Shown here in pieces: positions 17,460-19,215 of a stretch of 19,215 nucleotides of DNA. How positions within the stretch are numbered: the first letter of the stretch is position 1; the number at the start of each line of letters is the position of its first letter. The stretch is from the NCBI GenBank assembly GCA_964549305.1, contig CAZJVM010000002.1, positions 27,930-47,144 on the forward strand, given 5' to 3'. The notes beneath the pieces are model-generated. The model saw nothing but the letters and a program-made list of their open reading frames with translations, was not told the origin of the DNA and did not search any database. The DNA comes from an uncultured bacterium (GTDB taxonomy: Bacteria; Schekmanbacteria; GWA2-38-11; J061). The translations under genes and the position numbers were made by a program.

Positions 17460-18539
17460 ATGAAAAGAGTGGAAATGGTTGTTTTGCCCGGAGACGGTGT
17501 TGGTCCTGAAGTAGTTGATGGAACATTGAATGTTCTAAATGCAGTGGGTGAAAAATATGAAATAAAATTTATTTATAAAAAGAAACTTATCGGTGGCGCG
17601 GCAATCGATAAAAAAGGTACTCCTTTGCCCGATGACACTTTGCTTGAGTGCAGGAAGTGCGGAATTGTACTCTTGGGTGCTGTGGGAGGACCTAAATGGG
17701 ATAAATTAATGGGGAAATTAAGACCGGAGTACGGTTTACTCGAGATAAGAAAAAAACTGGGACTTTTTGCAAACCTAAGGCCGGCAAAAATATTTTCTCC
17801 CCTTATTTCCGCTTCCACACTAAAAAAGAATGTTCTAAAGGATGTTGATTTTATTGTTGTCAGAGAATTGAATTCGGGAATATATTACGGGAAACCACGA
17901 GGTATAAAAAAGACGCAAAAGGGCAGAGTAGGCTATAATACTATGTCTTACGATGAGAAAACTATAAGACAGATTGCGGAGAAAGCCTTTCAGATTGCTC
18001 GAAGCAGAAGAAGAAAAGTGGTGTCAGTCGATAAGGCGAATGTTCTTGAATGCTCCCGTTTGTGGAGAGAAATAGTTGAAGATGTTCATGTGGAATACAA
18101 GGATGTTGAACTTGAACATATGTATGTTGACAACTGTGCAATGCAGTTAATCAGAAATCCCGCGCAATTTGATGTTGTTCTTACGCCAAATTTATTTGGC
18201 GATATTATCAGCGATGAGGCGGCAATGGTTACCGGTTCAATCGGAATGCTCGCTTCCGCAAGTATAGGTAGAAAATCATCTCTTTATGAACCCGTCCACG
18301 GAAGCGCGCCTGACATTGCAGGTAAAAACATGGCCAATCCTTTGGCGACAATACTTTCTGCGGCTATGTTGCTTAAGTATTCTTTGAATCACCATGAATC
18401 TTATTTGGCAGTGGAAAAATCCGTTGAGAAGGTTCTCAAAGAGGGTTACAGGACAAAGGATATATATAGTGGGAAGGGAAAAATTGTCGGGACGAAGGAA
18501 ATGGCCTCACTTGTCACCGAATACTTGCAGGAACAATAA
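17460..18539 (+). CDS. leuB: 3-isopropylmalate dehydrogenase
   Basis: LPGDGVGPEV, LGAVGGPKWD, LFANLRP, VDKANVL, NLFGDIISD, EPVHGSAPDIAGK. SD AGAGGAG at 17448-17454. Confidence 0.97.
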   Translation: MKRVEMVVLPGDGVGPEVVDGTLNVLNAVGEKYEIKFIYKKKLIGGAAIDKKGTPLPDDTLLECRKCGIVLLGAVGGPKWDKLMGKLRPEYGLLEIRKKLGLFANLRPAKIFSPLISASTLKKNVLKDVDFIVVRELNSGIYYGKPRGIKKTQKGRVGYNTMSYDEKTIRQIAEKAFQIARSRRRKVVSVDKANVLECSRLWREIVEDVHVEYKDVELEHMYVDNCAMQLIRNPAQFDVVLTPNLFGDIISDEAAMVTGSIGMLASASIGRKSSLYEPVHGSAPDIAGKNMANPLATILSAAMLLKYSLNHHESYLAVEKSVEKVLKEGYRTKDIYSGKGKIVGTKEMASLVTEYLQEQ

Positions 18540-18545
18540 GCGATT

Positions 18546-18965
18546 ATGCCTTTACATTGCGCAGTAATCAGCCTTGATACAAAGGGCTACAGCGATGTCA
18601 TAGATATTACCGGTTTTGTTTCGGAAATTGTGTCGGAATCGGAAATATCGAATGGAATTGTTGCAGTTTTCATCCCGGGTTCAACGGCCTCTGTGACTAC
18701 AATAGAGTATGAATCGGGAGCGGTTGAAGACCTTAAAAATGCCATAGAAAAAATCGTACCGCAGTCTGCAAATTACAGCCATGACGCCAGATGGGGGGAC
18801 GGGAACGGGTTTTCTCATGTTAGGGCGGCGCTCATAGGCGCTTCGATTTCCATACCTTTAATAAACGGGACGCTTTCTCTTGGTACCTGGCAACAGATAA
18901 TTTGCGTAGACTTTGACAACAAACCGAGAAAAAGAAAAGTTGTTGTGCAGGTCTTTGGCGAGTAG
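18546..18965 (+). CDS. yjbQ: YjbQ/UPF0047 family protein (secondary thiamine-phosphate synthase enzyme)
   Basis: DIT, GSTASVTTIE, HDARWGDGNGFSHVRA, LGTWQQI, D.D...R signature. Confidence 0.9.
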   Translation: MPLHCAVISLDTKGYSDVIDITGFVSEIVSESEISNGIVAVFIPGSTASVTTIEYESGAVEDLKNAIEKIVPQSANYSHDARWGDGNGFSHVRAALIGASISIPLINGTLSLGTWQQIICVDFDNKPRKRKVVVQVFGE

Positions 18966-18999
18966 CGTAACTCCATAATTTTATTCAACTTTTGTCCTT

Positions 19000-19025
19000 T
19001 TTTGTCAATCGACAGGGTTTTCTTT
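19000..19025 (+). terminator. Possible weak intrinsic terminator after yjbQ
   Basis: TTTTGTC-AATC-GACAGGG stem (4 Watson-Crick + 3 G-U pairs) followed by TTTTCTTT, about 35 nt after the last operon gene. Confidence 0.3.
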
Positions 19026-19215
19026 ATTATCAAATCATCATTATCGAAAAGGTAAAGGATTATTAATACCATGCCGATATTCTTGATTCATAATTCAAAA
19101 ACAACTGTGCTTGTCAGAGAGCAGAGATTAAATATTTTAACAAAAAGATAAGATTAAACTATTCGCAGGACAAGGCCGAATAAACAAAACAACTTAAAAT
19201 TCAGGGATGAATTAA

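Noticed and set aside
5584..19072. Numerous short alternative-frame or antisense ORFs (e.g. 5584-6123, 9928-10269, 10578-10940, 16456-16863, 18815-19072)
   Set aside because: They overlap conserved ilv/leu/psd/GH57/yjbQ genes and show no recognisable protein features.
19146..19185. GATAAGATTAAACTATTCGCAGGACAAGGCCGAA loosely resembles the 5' half of a GEMM-I (c-di-GMP/cGAMP) riboswitch
   Set aside because: The would-be tetraloop stem (TATTC/GACAA) does not pair, and the GxAAA junction and second hairpin are absent. An Infernal search with the c-di-GMP-I model would be decisive.
19207..19215. ATG near the window end as the start of the next gene
   Set aside because: It reads ATG-AAT-TAA and stops immediately.
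1..19215. CRISPR arrays, tRNA/rRNA genes, IS/integrase/phage genes, defence systems
   Set aside because: Reading by eye, I found no periodic repeats, cloverleaf-like segments or transposase/integrase motifs. Nearly all of the sequence is accounted for by intact CDSs.

Overview
AT-rich bacterial chromosomal region made up mostly of housekeeping genes. The left end has the 3' part of a Cys-rich ATC-hydrolase/V4R-like gene (+). It converges on a minus-strand two-gene unit: an MBL-fold metallo-hydrolase followed by a pseudo-receiver-GAF-HD-GYP phosphodiesterase. From 3324 onward every gene is on the + strand: WrbA-like flavoprotein, tsaB, rimI, then (after a good sigma70-like promoter) DUF465, ilvD, ilvB, ilvN, ilvC, psd, pssA, leuA, leuC, leuD, a GH57 glucanotransferase/amylase, leuB and yjbQ. 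The ilv-psd-pssA-leu order resembles the one I recall from Geobacter-like Desulfobacterota (inference, not a taxonomic call). I saw no rRNA, tRNA, CRISPR array or mobile element. The best candidates for new biology are: the MBL + HD-GYP unit, whose two genes share a 13-bp motif at almost the same distance upstream of their starts; a KARI with an atypical cofactor loop; a possible leaderless uORF plus DUF465 heading the ilv-leu operon; and a GH57 gene sitting between leuD and leuB.
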